Source: Callorhinchus milii (Eukaryota). From it: a DNA stretch of 64,000 bases. The stretch lies in assembly GCF_018977255.1 (NCBI RefSeq), contig NW_024704743.1, positions 78,494,001 through 78,558,000 on the forward strand. Reading direction: 5' to 3'. Positions 36,501 to 46,900 of this stretch are shown piece after piece. Positions within the stretch are counted from its first letter, which is position 1; every line of letters begins with the position of its first letter. The notes beneath the pieces were generated by a model. It ran no database searches, had not been told where the DNA came from, and saw nothing but the letters and a program-made list of their open reading frames with translations. A program made the translations under genes and the position numbers.

Positions 36501-38703
36501 TGTACTGTATATCACTCTCTCTCGCCCTGTTTATATATATACTGTATTATATATTACACTCTCTCTCCGTCTATATATATATATACACACACACTATATT
36601 GTATATCACTCTCTCTCCCTGTTTATATATATATACACTGTATTATATATTACACTCTCTCCGTCTATATATATATATACACTGTATTGTATATCACTCT
36701 CTCCCTGTCTATATATACACTGTATTGTATATCACTCTCTCCGTCTATATGTATATATACACTGTATTGTATATCACTCTCTCCCTGTCTATATATACAC
36801 TGTATTGTATATCACTCTCTCTCCCTGTCTATATATATATACTGTATTGTATATCACTCTCTCTCTGTCTATATATATACTGCATTGTATATCACTCTCT
36901 CTCCCTGTATATATATATATATATATATATGTACACTGTATTGTATATCACTCGCTCCCTGTCTATATATATATACACTGTACTGTATATCACTCTCTCT
37001 CCCTGTCTATATATATATGTACACTGTATTGTACATCACTCTCCCTGTCTATATATATATATATATATATATATGTACGCTGTATGGTATATCACTCTAT
37101 CCTTGTCTATATATATATATATATGTACGCCGTATGGTATATCACTCTCTCTCCCTGTCTATATATATATGTACACTGTATTGTATATCACCCTCTCTCC
37201 CTGTCTATATATATACACTGTATGGTATATCACTCTCTCTCCCTGTCTATATATATATGTACGCTGTATGGTATATCACTCTCTCCCTGTCTATATATAT
37301 ATATGTACGCTGTATGGTATATCACTCTCTCTCCCTGTCTATATATATATACACTGTATGGTATATCACTCTCTCTCCCTGTCTATATATATATATATAC
37401 ACACTGTATTGTATATCACCCTCTCTCTCCCTGTCTATATATATATATATACACTGTATGGCATATCACTCTCTCTCCCTGTCTATATATATATATACAC
37501 TGTATGGTATATCACTCTCTCTCCCTGTCTATATATATACACTGTATGGTATATCACTCTCTCTCCCTGTCTATATATATATGTACACTGTATTGTATAT
37601 CACCCTCTCTCCCTGTCTATATATATATATATATGTACACTGTATGGTATATCACTCTCTCCCTGTCTATATATATATATATATATGTACGCTGTATGGT
37701 ATATCACCCTCTCTCCCTGTCTATATATATATATACGCTGTATGGTATATCACTCTCTCTCCCTGTCTATATATATATATACACTGTATGGTATATCACT
37801 CTCTCTCCCTGTCTATATATATATATATATATGTACGCTGTATGGTATATCACTCTCTCTCCCTGTCTATATATATATATATACGCTGTATGGTATATCA
37901 CTCTCTCTCCCTGTCTATATATATATATACACTGTATGGTATATCACTCTCTCTCCCTGTCTATATATATATATATATACACTGTATGGTATATCACTCT
38001 CTCTCCCTGTCTATATATATACACTGTATGGTATATCACTCTCTCTCTCCCTGTCTATATATATATATATACACACACACTGTATGGTATATCACTCTCT
38101 CTCCCTGTCTATATATATATATACACTGTATTGTATATCACTCTCTCTCCCTGTCTATATATATACACGGTATGGTATATCACTCTCTCTGTCTATATAT
38201 ATATATATATATACACTGTATGGTATATCACTCTCTCTGTCTATATATATATATATATATATACACTGTATGGTATATCACTCTCTCTGTCTATATATAT
38301 ATATATATATACACACTGTATGGTATATCACTCTCTCTGTCTATATATATATATATATATATACACTGTATGGTATATCACTCTCTCTGTCTATATATAT
38401 ATATATATATATACTGTATGGTATATCACTCTCTCTGTCTATATATATATATATATATATACACTGTATGGTATATCACTCTCTCTGTCTATATATATAT
38501 ATATACACTGTATGGTATATCACTCTCCCCCTGTCTATATATATATATACACTGTATGGTATATCACTCTCCCCCTGTCTATATATATATATACACTGTA
38601 TGGTATATCACTCTCTCACTCACTTGTCGCTCTCCACATCCTCAAACTGTCCGGGCTCGGGCTCGGGCTCGCGCTGCTCTGCGAGGACACCACGCGACAT
38701 CAT
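24430..38703 (-). CDS. RIOK1: Serine/threonine-protein kinase RIO1 (40S ribosome maturation factor), 17 coding exons, 562 aa
   Basis: Hand-spliced exons (minus): 38703-38624, 35276-35093, 34567-34480, 33705-33636, 33449-33407, 33122-33030, 32341-32229, 31905-31825, 31448-31362, 30399-30262, 29651-29548, 29065-28959, 28865-28800, 27308-27189, 26572-26519, 26269-26123, 24543-24430. Total 1689 nt, all GT-AG, phases match. RIO motifs: [36 protein letters not shown], and a Lys-rich C-terminus ([12 protein letters not shown]). Confidence 0.97.
26123..26269 (-). CDS. RIOK1: RIOK1 exon 16 ([15 protein letters not shown]...DPEKK)
   Basis: AAG acceptor, GTCAGT donor. Confidence 0.93.
26519..26572 (-). 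CDS. RIOK1: RIOK1 exon 15 ([18 protein letters not shown])
   Basis: TAG acceptor, GTGAGA donor. Confidence 0.95.
27189..27308 (-). CDS. RIOK1: RIOK1 exon 14 ([14 protein letters not shown]...VQHDN)
   Basis: TAG acceptor, GTAAAT donor. Confidence 0.95.
27610..28236 (+). mobile_element. CR1 LINE 3' portion in RIOK1 intron 13
   Basis: [45 protein letters not shown] is the CR1 RT C-terminus; ATTCTATGATTC tail. Confidence 0.93.
28309..28625 (+). mobile_element. Young tRNA-Ala(TGC)-derived SINE with Deu-like core and L2-like 3' end (short variant)
   Basis: A box TAGCTCAGTGG 28316-28326, anticodon arm CTCGC-TTTGCAA-GCGAG, B box GTTCAATTCC 28360-28369, (TTA)n tail. Confidence 0.92.
28800..28865 (-). 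CDS. RIOK1: RIOK1 exon 13 ([22 protein letters not shown])
   Basis: TAG acceptor, GTGAAT donor. Confidence 0.95.
28959..29065 (-). CDS. RIOK1: RIOK1 exon 12 ([35 protein letters not shown])
   Basis: CAG acceptor, GTAGGA donor. Confidence 0.96.
29100..29480 (+). mobile_element. Degenerate L2 fragment in RIOK1 intron 11
   Basis: TTCAAGGTCCTTGTC, CTCTGGAATCCC, CACCTGAAAACCTTCCTCTTTGA. Confidence 0.7.
29548..29651 (-). CDS. RIOK1: RIOK1 exon 11 ([34 protein letters not shown])
   Basis: Metal-binding loop IDVSQ; AAG acceptor, GTGAGG donor. Confidence 0.97.
30262..30399 (-). CDS. RIOK1: RIOK1 exon 10 (PAPLLKNA...[12 protein letters not shown], catalytic loop)
   Basis: CAG acceptor, GTAAGT donor. 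Confidence 0.97.
31362..31448 (-). CDS. RIOK1: RIOK1 exon 9 ([28 protein letters not shown])
   Basis: CAG acceptor, GTGAGT donor. Confidence 0.96.
31825..31905 (-). CDS. RIOK1: RIOK1 exon 8 ([26 protein letters not shown])
   Basis: CAG acceptor, GTACCA donor; conserved WAEKEMRNL. Confidence 0.96.
32229..32341 (-). CDS. RIOK1: RIOK1 exon 7 ([37 protein letters not shown])
   Basis: TAG acceptor, GTGAGA donor. Confidence 0.96.
32720..32976 (+). mobile_element. 5'-truncated SINE (short variant) in RIOK1 intron 6
   Basis: Matches 28350-28615. Confidence 0.85.
33030..33122 (-). CDS. RIOK1: RIOK1 exon 6 ([31 protein letters not shown])
   Basis: P-loop STGKE; TAG acceptor, GTCGGT donor. Confidence 0.95.
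33407..33449 (-). CDS. RIOK1: RIOK1 exon 5 ([14 protein letters not shown])
   Basis: TAG acceptor, GTAATC donor; conserved DRATVEQ. Confidence 0.95.
33636..33705 (-). CDS. RIOK1: RIOK1 exon 4 ([23 protein letters not shown])
   Basis: CAG acceptor, GTAAGT donor. Confidence 0.93.
34480..34567 (-). CDS. RIOK1: RIOK1 exon 3 ([29 protein letters not shown])
   Basis: TAG acceptor, GTAAGT donor. Confidence 0.93.
35093..35276 (-). CDS. RIOK1: RIOK1 exon 2 (acidic region, ...[10 protein letters not shown]...NNQQ)
   Basis: Polypyrimidine tract + CAG acceptor, GTAATG donor, phase 2->0. Confidence 0.9.
36070..36331. repeat. Degenerate (GACA/CA) microsatellite
   Basis: Read directly. Confidence 0.9.
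36460..38617. repeat. Compound minisatellite, ~50 units of ~40-48 bp: ACACTGTAT(T/G)GTATATCA(CT)nCCCTGTC(TA)n, in RIOK1 intron 1
   Basis: Read directly; unit count estimated from length. Confidence 0.95.
38624..38703 (-). CDS. RIOK1: RIOK1 exon 1 ([26 protein letters not shown])
   Basis: GCGGCCATG Kozak-like start; PGQFED motif typical of the RIOK1 N-terminus; GTGAGT donor. Confidence 0.92.
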
Positions 38704-38925
38704 GGCCGCTCTGCTCTGCCCCGTCCCCTCACCCTACGTCACCCCGCCAGGCGGGGCCTCACCCTACGTCACCCCGCCAGGCGGAGCCTCACCCTACGTC
38801 ACCCCGCCAGGCGGGGCCTCACCCTACGTCACCCCGCCAGGCGGGGCCTCACCCTACGTCACTGCGCTCTCAACCCTCCCCCAATGTGTCCAGGTTGCGC
38901 GGGTTCACGCCCAATTGGGCGGTGT
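38704..38925 (-). promoter_or_regulatory. RIOK1 CpG-rich promoter/5'UTR with CRE-like, GC-box and CCAAT motifs
   Basis: CpG-dense; 5x TGACGTA; GGCGGGGC motifs; CCAAT at ~38881 and palindromic CCCAATTGGG at ~38910. Confidence 0.7.
38727..38862. repeat. 30-bp tandem repeat x4.5 (CCTCACCCTACGTCACCCCGCCAGGCGGGG)
   Basis: Read directly; one substitution in unit 2. Confidence 0.95.
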
Positions 38926-39239
38926 TCTGTTGTATTGTGCGTGAAACAAAATCAGCTTTGGGCTGGTGCCTAACCTTTTAAGACATTTTTAGTTTAAATC
39001 TGCAAAATCGTGATGCTTCTTTTTTACTTTGAAGACTTTTCTTATAGAGTTTCAGAAGCACTGACCTAAATTGGCCACTCTGCTACCCACAGGAGGAACA
39101 CATACTGTTGGGCCAGTGTTTGGTGTATGTTGGGCTACAAACGTATTTTAATTTCAGGCAACTCTGCCCTCTGCCCCCAAATCCCCTCTGATTGACTGGA
39201 AATTCACACAATAGTATACCAGTAAATAGAAATTAACAC

Positions 39240-39500
39240 AACGCCATAGAAATTTATTGCACAGAAGAAGGCTATTTGGCCCATTGTGTCTGTGCCGCTT
39301 TCTCAAGGCAATCCTTTCAGTCCCACTAACCTGCTCATTCCCCAAACTCCTGTCCCTGACTCTTTCTAAAGCATTTGTCTTCCCTCTTTAAGGCCAATAT
39401 GGATTTTTCTTCAACCACCTCTCCTGCCACGACATTCCATATCCTAAGCACTCAATCACCACCGTATATGAAAAATGTCGCCTAACCTCCTCATCTGCTC
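39240..39500 (-). mobile_element. CR1 3' fragment
   Basis: GCACAGAAGAAGGCTATTTGGCCCAT motif. Confidence 0.65.
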
Positions 39501-39504
39501 ATTT

Positions 39505-39830
39505 GGAATCCTGCAGCTCAGTGGTTAGAGCACTCGCCTCGCAAGCGAGTGAATTGGGATTGAGTCCCAGCAGGGCGAAATGTTGGGCAAGTTTCCTTAC
39601 AATAGCAAGTAGGAACCCAGCTGTCAATCAATCACTTTTACGGGGGTAATAATTCCTTCAAAATAAATAAAATTTGGTCACTAAATCCACGACTCTGTGA
39701 GACCCGGCTGCGTGCAATTGGCTGCTGCATTTTGCCCCCAAAATATACTTTACAGCAAATTCTGTGAAGCTCTTTCAGGCGTCTTGAAGACATGATAAGG
39801 CGCTACATCAAATGCAAGGATTATTATATT
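39505..39830 (+). mobile_element. tRNA-derived SINE
   Basis: CCTGCAGCTCAGTGGTTAGAGCACTCGCCTCGCAAGCGAG head; ATTATT tail. Confidence 0.85.
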
Positions 39831-39879
39831 AATAACTATCTTAAATTAATACACTCTCGATTATTATTATTATTATTGA

Positions 39880-40092
39880 TACACTCCACCTCGCCCCCTC
39901 CTTAGCCCCCCTTCAGATACCATCTCAAAACCCTCCTCTTCGACCATGCCATCGGCCAACCCCCTTCCCCTCCCCTCCCTTCTCCTTCCCTGACCCCAGC
40001 TCGGGTCTTAAATGCTGTACACTGTCCAGCGCCTTGGGACGGCCTCCCGACGTGAAAGGCGCTATACAAATGTAATCTTGTTGTTGTTGTTG
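39880..40092 (+). mobile_element. L2 3' end fragment
   Basis: Closely similar to positions 45-238. Confidence 0.88.
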
Positions 40093-40174
40093 CTGACTCT
40101 TGTATGTTGCCTGGGTATTAGAAGTCTCTCTTTAACATGATGTCACAATGGTACCAGGCAAACTCCGATCCGTA

Positions 40175-40504
40175 TGATAATAATAATAATAATAATAATA
40201 ATCCTTGCATTTGATATAGCGCTTTTCACGTCGGGGGACGTCCCAAAGCGCTTCACAGAACACACTGTAAAGTGAATTGACTGTATATTTGTGGGCGAAC
40301 GCGGCAGCCAATTGCGCGCAGCAATGTCCCACAAACAGTCGTGGATTGAAAATGACCAATTTATTATTGTTTTTGGTTTTGGAGGGATTATTATTAGGAG
40401 TGTGGAGTAAGGAAACTTGCCCAAGGTTTCGCCCTCTGCCTGGAATTGAACTCAGGTCTCTCACTTGCAAAGCGAGTGCTCTAACCACTCAGCTACAGGA
40501 CTCC
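40175..40504 (-). mobile_element. Young SINE (short variant)
   Basis: Near-identical to 28309-28625 and 52026-52347. Confidence 0.92.
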
Positions 40505-40545
40505 ACGTCCACTGTGATGTCACAGAGAGATGAATGCACAACAAT

Positions 40546-40779
40546 TGGGGGCAGTGAGGTCACAGACTGGGGGCAGTGAGGTCACAGACTGGGGCAGTGA
40601 GGTCACAGACTGGGGGCAGTGAGGTCACAGACTGGGGGCAGTGAGGTCACAGACTGGGGGCAGTGAGGTCACAGACTCGGGGCAGTGAGGTCACAGACTG
40701 GGGCAGTGAGGTCACAGACTCGGGGCAGTGAGGTCACAGACTGGGGCAGTGAGGTCACAGACTGGGGCAGTGAGGTCAC
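40546..40779. repeat. 21-22 bp tandem repeat x11 (GGGG(G)CAGTGAGGTCACAGACT)
   Basis: Read directly; 11 TGAGGTCA cores. Confidence 0.95.
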
Positions 40780-40859
40780 GGAGGTGTTTGTGTAAGCTCA
40801 CATGTGGGAGGTGTGACGTGATGCTGGCGGACAGGGGACGGCAGTGTAAATAAACATTG

Positions 40860-40933
40860 ATGGATAGCAAGGATTGGCACCACTTTTCCTTCATGGACCC
40901 CTCCCGAATTAAAAATATAAAAGGTCAACGACG
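40860..40933 (+). CDS. CAGE1-like exon 1 (MDSKDWHHFSFMDPSRIKNIKGQR)
   Basis: In-frame ATGs at 40860 and 40893; GTGAGT donor; phase 2 matches the next exon. Confidence 0.6.
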
Positions 40934-43900
40934 GTGAGTGGTTAACTGGGAAGGCTGCGGTGCGGGGGAGAGATCATCTTTAAGTTAATCACTTTGTGTG
41001 CCACCACTAAAACGTCGCATTGCTTGTATGTTACCAGATGATATTAGTCTATTTTTCCTTCACTTTTATTACCTTTGAAACACCATCCTCCAGGAATGAA
41101 GGTACTTCTGCAATGATGGTTTATGACTGGTTGGGCGAGACATCATTCGAGAGAAGCAAATTGGACAATGACAGTACATGAAATTTGTTCCAATTGTTTT
41201 GCTCTTTCTCACTTGAACTCAATACAAAAATGCCCACACACTCTCACTTGAACTCTCTCTCAAATATAATATTGTATTCCTACTAGTCTTGATTGATTTT
41301 AAAAGTATACACAGATATCATTTAAAATTTAATTGATGTACAGTTTATAGCTTATAAATCTGTGTTAGTTTCAATGTATCGCATGTTGTCCAATAAGTTA
41401 AATGATCTTTTCAATATCTCCTCTTCATCTTTATAATAGTTTTCAAAGCTATCATACCTCCAACAATAATTTGCCTATAATGACTCACAGCTCCTTTCGA
41501 GAACAAAATACCCAACCTGAGATGAATATTGGTTTCGCCGAAGGTAAGATTTCTCAGGAGTTTTGGTGATGAATCTTCTTATTTTTTACTTCACAACTTC
41601 CACTGATTGCTCCATAAATTGAAATTAAAAAAATTGAACTTTGTGGACCCATTCTTATTGCTAGAAAGATGGGGTAGACAACATAGGCTTTTATAACTCA
41701 TCGGCTTGAAGCTTCTTAGAAGTGGTTTTGGAAAAGGTTTCCATCTCTTTGCCTTCTCGATCTGAACACAGTGAAACCCAGTGACACGGCTGAGATAAGA
41801 TCTCAGCAATGAGAGGGGTTGAGTATCCAAAGTCACATTTTACCATCGCATGGCACAATGTGTCAGTGTTCTCTTTCTTAGCAAAATGCTGATTGAAACC
41901 TGACAGCAAATGGATCGACTAGTCTGAAAAGGAAGAGACATTCCACAATAGGGTAAAGGAATTAGATTCTAGAGAAGGGGTCACAATGGTTGAATGTTTG
42001 CCTGCCAATTGCTGGGCAGAATGGCCATGAAGCAGGCCAGAGTTGGAGAAGCAAGTGGAATGGCAGGGGAATAGGGTTACAGGAGATCACAGAGTTAGAT
42101 TCAGGTAGGGGGAATGGGGGTGCCTCAATCCCCGTGGTCGCTAACCCTTTTGATTCCAACATCCAGCTCGGGTGCAAACCGTTAACTGTTCCAACGCCTT
42201 GGGATATCCTTCCAATGTGAAAGGCGCTACATAAATATAATTTGTGGTTGTAGATTTGGATAAGACCATGGAGCCATTTGAAGGTGGGGTCGAGGATCTT
42301 AAAGTTGATTCGCTGGAGAATAGGAGGCCAGTGCAGCTGGGCAAATTTGGGGGAGGTGAGCTTGTGGAGCCTCGTGCAGGAGAGGATGCAGACTATGGAG
42401 TTCTGGATGGTCTGGAGCATGTGGAAAGTGCAGCTGGGGAGACCAGCCTCCCAAAGAAAAGTTGAGTCTGGAGGTGACAAAGGCTTGGATGAGGGTAGAA
42501 CAAGACTTGGACAATTTTGCGGAGATAGAGGAAAGTATTATTGATTAGAGTCCAGATTAATGATTTAAAGGTGAGGGTCGCATAAAACACTAAGGTTCTG
42601 GATGACTTGATGTCTGGAGTGAGCAACTGGAGAGAGGTTGATAAAGTGAAGTGAGGATGCACTGATAGAAGCCAAGCAGGATAGCTTCAGTTCTGTTGAC
42701 TTTGAGTTGGAGAAAGAAATGGACAGATTGTTTTTGGGGTGTGGAACTGAGGTTGCATAAGTGATTATTATTAGAGTATTTGCTGATGATCCGGATTTGA
42801 TAATTGTATGTTGCTGCTTGTTAAATAATTTGTTTATCTTGTGTTTATTTCACTGGATTGCTGATGAATTATTTAGCTTTGAAACTCCCCAACAACTGTT
42901 GTTGCACCAAAGAGGACAGCAATGTCATTCACTTCATGGCTGTTTGTGGAACATTGCAGTGCGAAAATAGGCCATGTTTAACTACAAAATACAGTCACTA
43001 CACTTTACAGTAAATCCGGTGAAGTAGTTTGAGGTGTTCCCCTGACATGGAAGGCTCAATAGCAAATGCAAGGATTTTTATTATCACAAGAAAGAGGGTT
43101 CTGACTGCCCAGACTAATTTCATTTGAGAGACTTCTAAGTAACAAAGGGGAGGATTTGCAACCCATAAGTCTCAGTTAAAATCCAAATGTTGGAAGCGGA
43201 TAGAGAGTATTAGAACTACCTTGATAATGAGAATAAAAATCAAGAAACTCCAAGAATATCCACAATTGTACAAAAATCAAATATTAAATAATTGTGGTAA
43301 TATACTTCAACGTAAAATACAGCAATAGATGAATTTTATTGAGCAAGTACTTGTGAATTGCTGCTTACTGCTTTCTTTTCGAACGTGTCTTTGGTCACCT
43401 TCTTCCCCTCCCCCTGGCTCGGCCCCGGGATCCATTATTGTGAAGCGCTCTGAGACACCGTCCGGCGTGGAGGGTGCTATATAAATCCAAGTTGTTGTTG
43501 TTGTACTGCCAATTTTTAAAACATACATAAATGTTTTATAGAAATTTTTCAGCAATTGGGAATGAATGATCAGAAGGTTCAGAAATGGAGCACAGATGTG
43601 GATAATGTGGAATCAGAAGAGGGTGTCTGCAGCCAGTATCAATTTGACAGCATTTCTCAGCCAGATACGAGTTCAGTCAGCAACCAGAAAGATGAACTGT
43701 CATTTGAATTTGAAACTCTCAGCACAACATCAGAAATATCTCAGGTACTGATATAATCCTGGACATTGCCATGAAGCCGGATATAAAATATATAGACGCA
43801 AGTCAAACTCAGCCATAAAATTATGGTTTATCTTCTTTAAGTATTTATTTAATATAAAAGGTATTGATGATACCAAATGTTGATAGACATAAGTGAAATA

Positions 43901-46900
43901 AATACATTCAAGATGTGGACCAATTGACTGATCAGCCTAGCTCTAAGGAATAACAGATTTTAATATAGTTAAATCAAAAGTAAAACACATTGGTGTAGGA
44001 AATAGCAACAATTGCACCCAATGAAGTAAGTTGAGAAGAAAAAAGATTTGAGTGTGATTATTGATCACTGAATGTTTCCAGCCAAAGTGAAGCTGTGGCT
44101 AATTGACAACAAAGCTCATCAAATATAAGTTATGTTTCAAAATCCCTTGACTTCCAGCCTGTTTGTGTATTAGTATATTTTGGTTTGATGCATTGTTTGT
44201 ACATACATACTGTCACACTTATGTGCTTGGCCTTCTGCCTAGGATGAAATTCAAATTAAAAGCAACGAAGTAGAAAAGAGGACTGCAGGTTGTGACAGCA
44301 ATATCAGCTTCAATGTATTGGAAGAATTTTCACAAAGTCTGGATCTTTCACTGTTATCAGAGACTTTTTCCTGTGGTAAGATCAATGGGATATCATGTTT
44401 GTATCAGGGCACACTACACTGCAATACACTACACTGCAATACACTACTACAATACACTACACTGCAATAAGATACACTACACTACAATAAACTACATTAA
44501 ACGAGGATTTGGGATTACATCAGTTGCTTTCAGTGGAATTGCTAGCACTACAATACACTGCAATAATCCAAGGCTCAGTGGGCAAACCATAGAATCAAAC
44601 GGTTACAACAGTAGTGGAAGCCATTCAGCCCATCAACTCTATGCTGTGCTAGCAATTCCACTGAAAGCAACTGATGTAATCCCAAATCCTCGTTCCCTTT
44701 CCATAACCTTTTATATTGATTCTCTTCAAATAACGTCATGTACGTATGGGAGTACAATGTACAATGTAAGTGAGTGTAAAGCTGTTTCAAACTGTTTATA
44801 AAGCACCTCACAGCAATATGTTAAAAGTGTGAAAGTGCAAAACTACTGGACAGGAGTCTGATCATGACATATAACACTATTAAAGTCCTTTTACAGTGTA
44901 CGGCATGCATCCCACACAACCAAACCTGCACATATGTCCACATATACCTTTGTGCATTAATTAGTCAGCCAGGTGTCTGTCACGTGCAGAAGTTCATCAC
45001 CATGCATGAGAGTATCCAAACCAAGCTGAGAGTTTCATGCATTTCACCTATACGTGGAAATTTGCATTTACTAGAATGGAATGCACACTGTCTCCCGGAG
45101 GAACACATCCTGCTTACCTAATTCCAGAGAATATTCGTATGCACAAGAACATGGCCAGTCAGCACCAGAAGCTGGAAGTGTATCATACTTTTATTATACC
45201 ACGGGTCCATTGTGCAATCTCACGGTAAACTGACCTGCTTTATACTGAAGCACCGTATAGTGGAGATGGCAAAAGTAAGAAATCCCATGATGAGCACTGA
45301 ATAAAAAGTTCACTCATGCTATTTATTCTATCATGAAAATTGAATAATGTCTCTAGGGTTTCTAAAGAAGCCCTGTTGTGTTGAAGACCACTGGGTCTGC
45401 AGTTAACTTGCCATGATCAAACATTGTCCCATTGTGAAATTAGAAATATTTGAAGCATATTTTCTTCTTATTCCCAGATACTGATACTGATGAATCTATA
45501 GTAAAGGAAGAAAACACTAGCTCAAATAAACAGGCAGCCAGAGGTACTGGAGATGAGGTAGATGAAGATATTGCTTGGAATTTACAGTTTTTAAAGCTTG
45601 CAGTACTAAACAAATGCTATATTATATGATGCTGATGTGTCACCAGGTGATTCTGCATAACCAAATCACCCACAAAATACAAACTCAATCCATTTCACAG
45701 TATATTCTGTGAAGTGTTTTGAGACGTCTCGAATATGTGATAAGGCGCTAAATCAAATGCAAGGATTATTACTATATAATGCTATGCGGTTGTTGAACAG
45801 AGCTGTGATGTTAGACCCCACCTTTACCTCCCTCAGTATCAATATCGAAGTACCAATCACTTCAACCAGCACAGTTACATATTGCTTTGTGGTTATCTAA
45901 CATTCACCTGCCTCAGCAACAACGCAAGGTGTCACCTCCACAGTATGAGGATATCTCAATGACAGGCCAAGAGCATTTGCATAACATATTTGAATCTCAT
46001 GGAAAGTTTGCATAGAGTTTTCAGTCACTACACTTCACATTATATCTTGCGACATGCTTTGAGACATCCTCCTGACATAAAAGGTGATGCAGTATATCAA
46101 ATGGAAGGATTATTTTATTTATTGTAAGAAACCACTGCCACCTGCTGGAGGGATAATGCAGTGTACTCTTATAATGTAATAAACTTACCTCAGTGCTGGA
46201 GATGGAGTGGATTCCAGATTTATATAATGAACAATACTGAGTTGGAAACTATAGACATGTTGAAGGCTTTGTGGTGAATTACTGATGTGAAACATCACCC
46301 ATTGAGAAATCTCAAAGACTGACCAAGACCACTGGAACCTTTTAAAGCTGCTATGTACTTCAGATGGTGGAGGATAAAAAAAAATCTTCATGTATCTTTC
46401 AGTTCAGTTTTGGTCTCAGGAAATGCAAATAATTAGAGAAGCTCTTATGGATATTGTTCTTTAAGATAACTCTATCGTAATCTTAATAGGATTCATATAA
46501 ATTAGCTTTGTGTGGGTAAAAATCATTTTGTTGTCCCTCCAGTAACCTGTCTTTCTAGTCCACAAACCTCCTGTGACTGAGAGAACAGATAGACAACCAG
46601 GTTTCATGCCTCAATTAGTTATATTCCAAGTCATCCATTAGGAACCTGATATGAGAGGTTCTATATTAAGTTCAAGGATTATTATTAATATTAAGCTTTG
46701 CTTCAGTAGCACTGACTTACCGATTCCTCACAAAAGCAGTGCAGAAGCAACAACAACAAATTACACTTGTTTAGTGCCCTTCACGTTGGAAAGACGTCCC
46801 AGGGTGCTGGATAATCAGTGGATTTTGGACCCAAGCTGGGAGTTGGGGTCAGGAGGGATAGAGGTCAGAGGAGGATGGGGATGGGAGGATGGTCAAAGGG

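Noticed and set aside
36460..38617. CRISPR-like repeat/spacer appearance (also 40546-40779)
   Set aside because: The variable parts are only (TA)n or G-run length changes, not unique spacers. The context is vertebrate, with no cas genes.
36377..38981. Three giant overlapping ORFs (855, 857, 764 aa) on the plus strand
   Set aside because: Artefact of a minisatellite lacking TAA/TAG/TGA on that strand. All three frames are open, the sequence is low complexity, and it lies antisense in RIOK1 intron 1.
44292..44801. 169-aa ORF
   Set aside because: It runs through a microsatellite and the inverted repeat, and is out of frame with the predicted exon 4.
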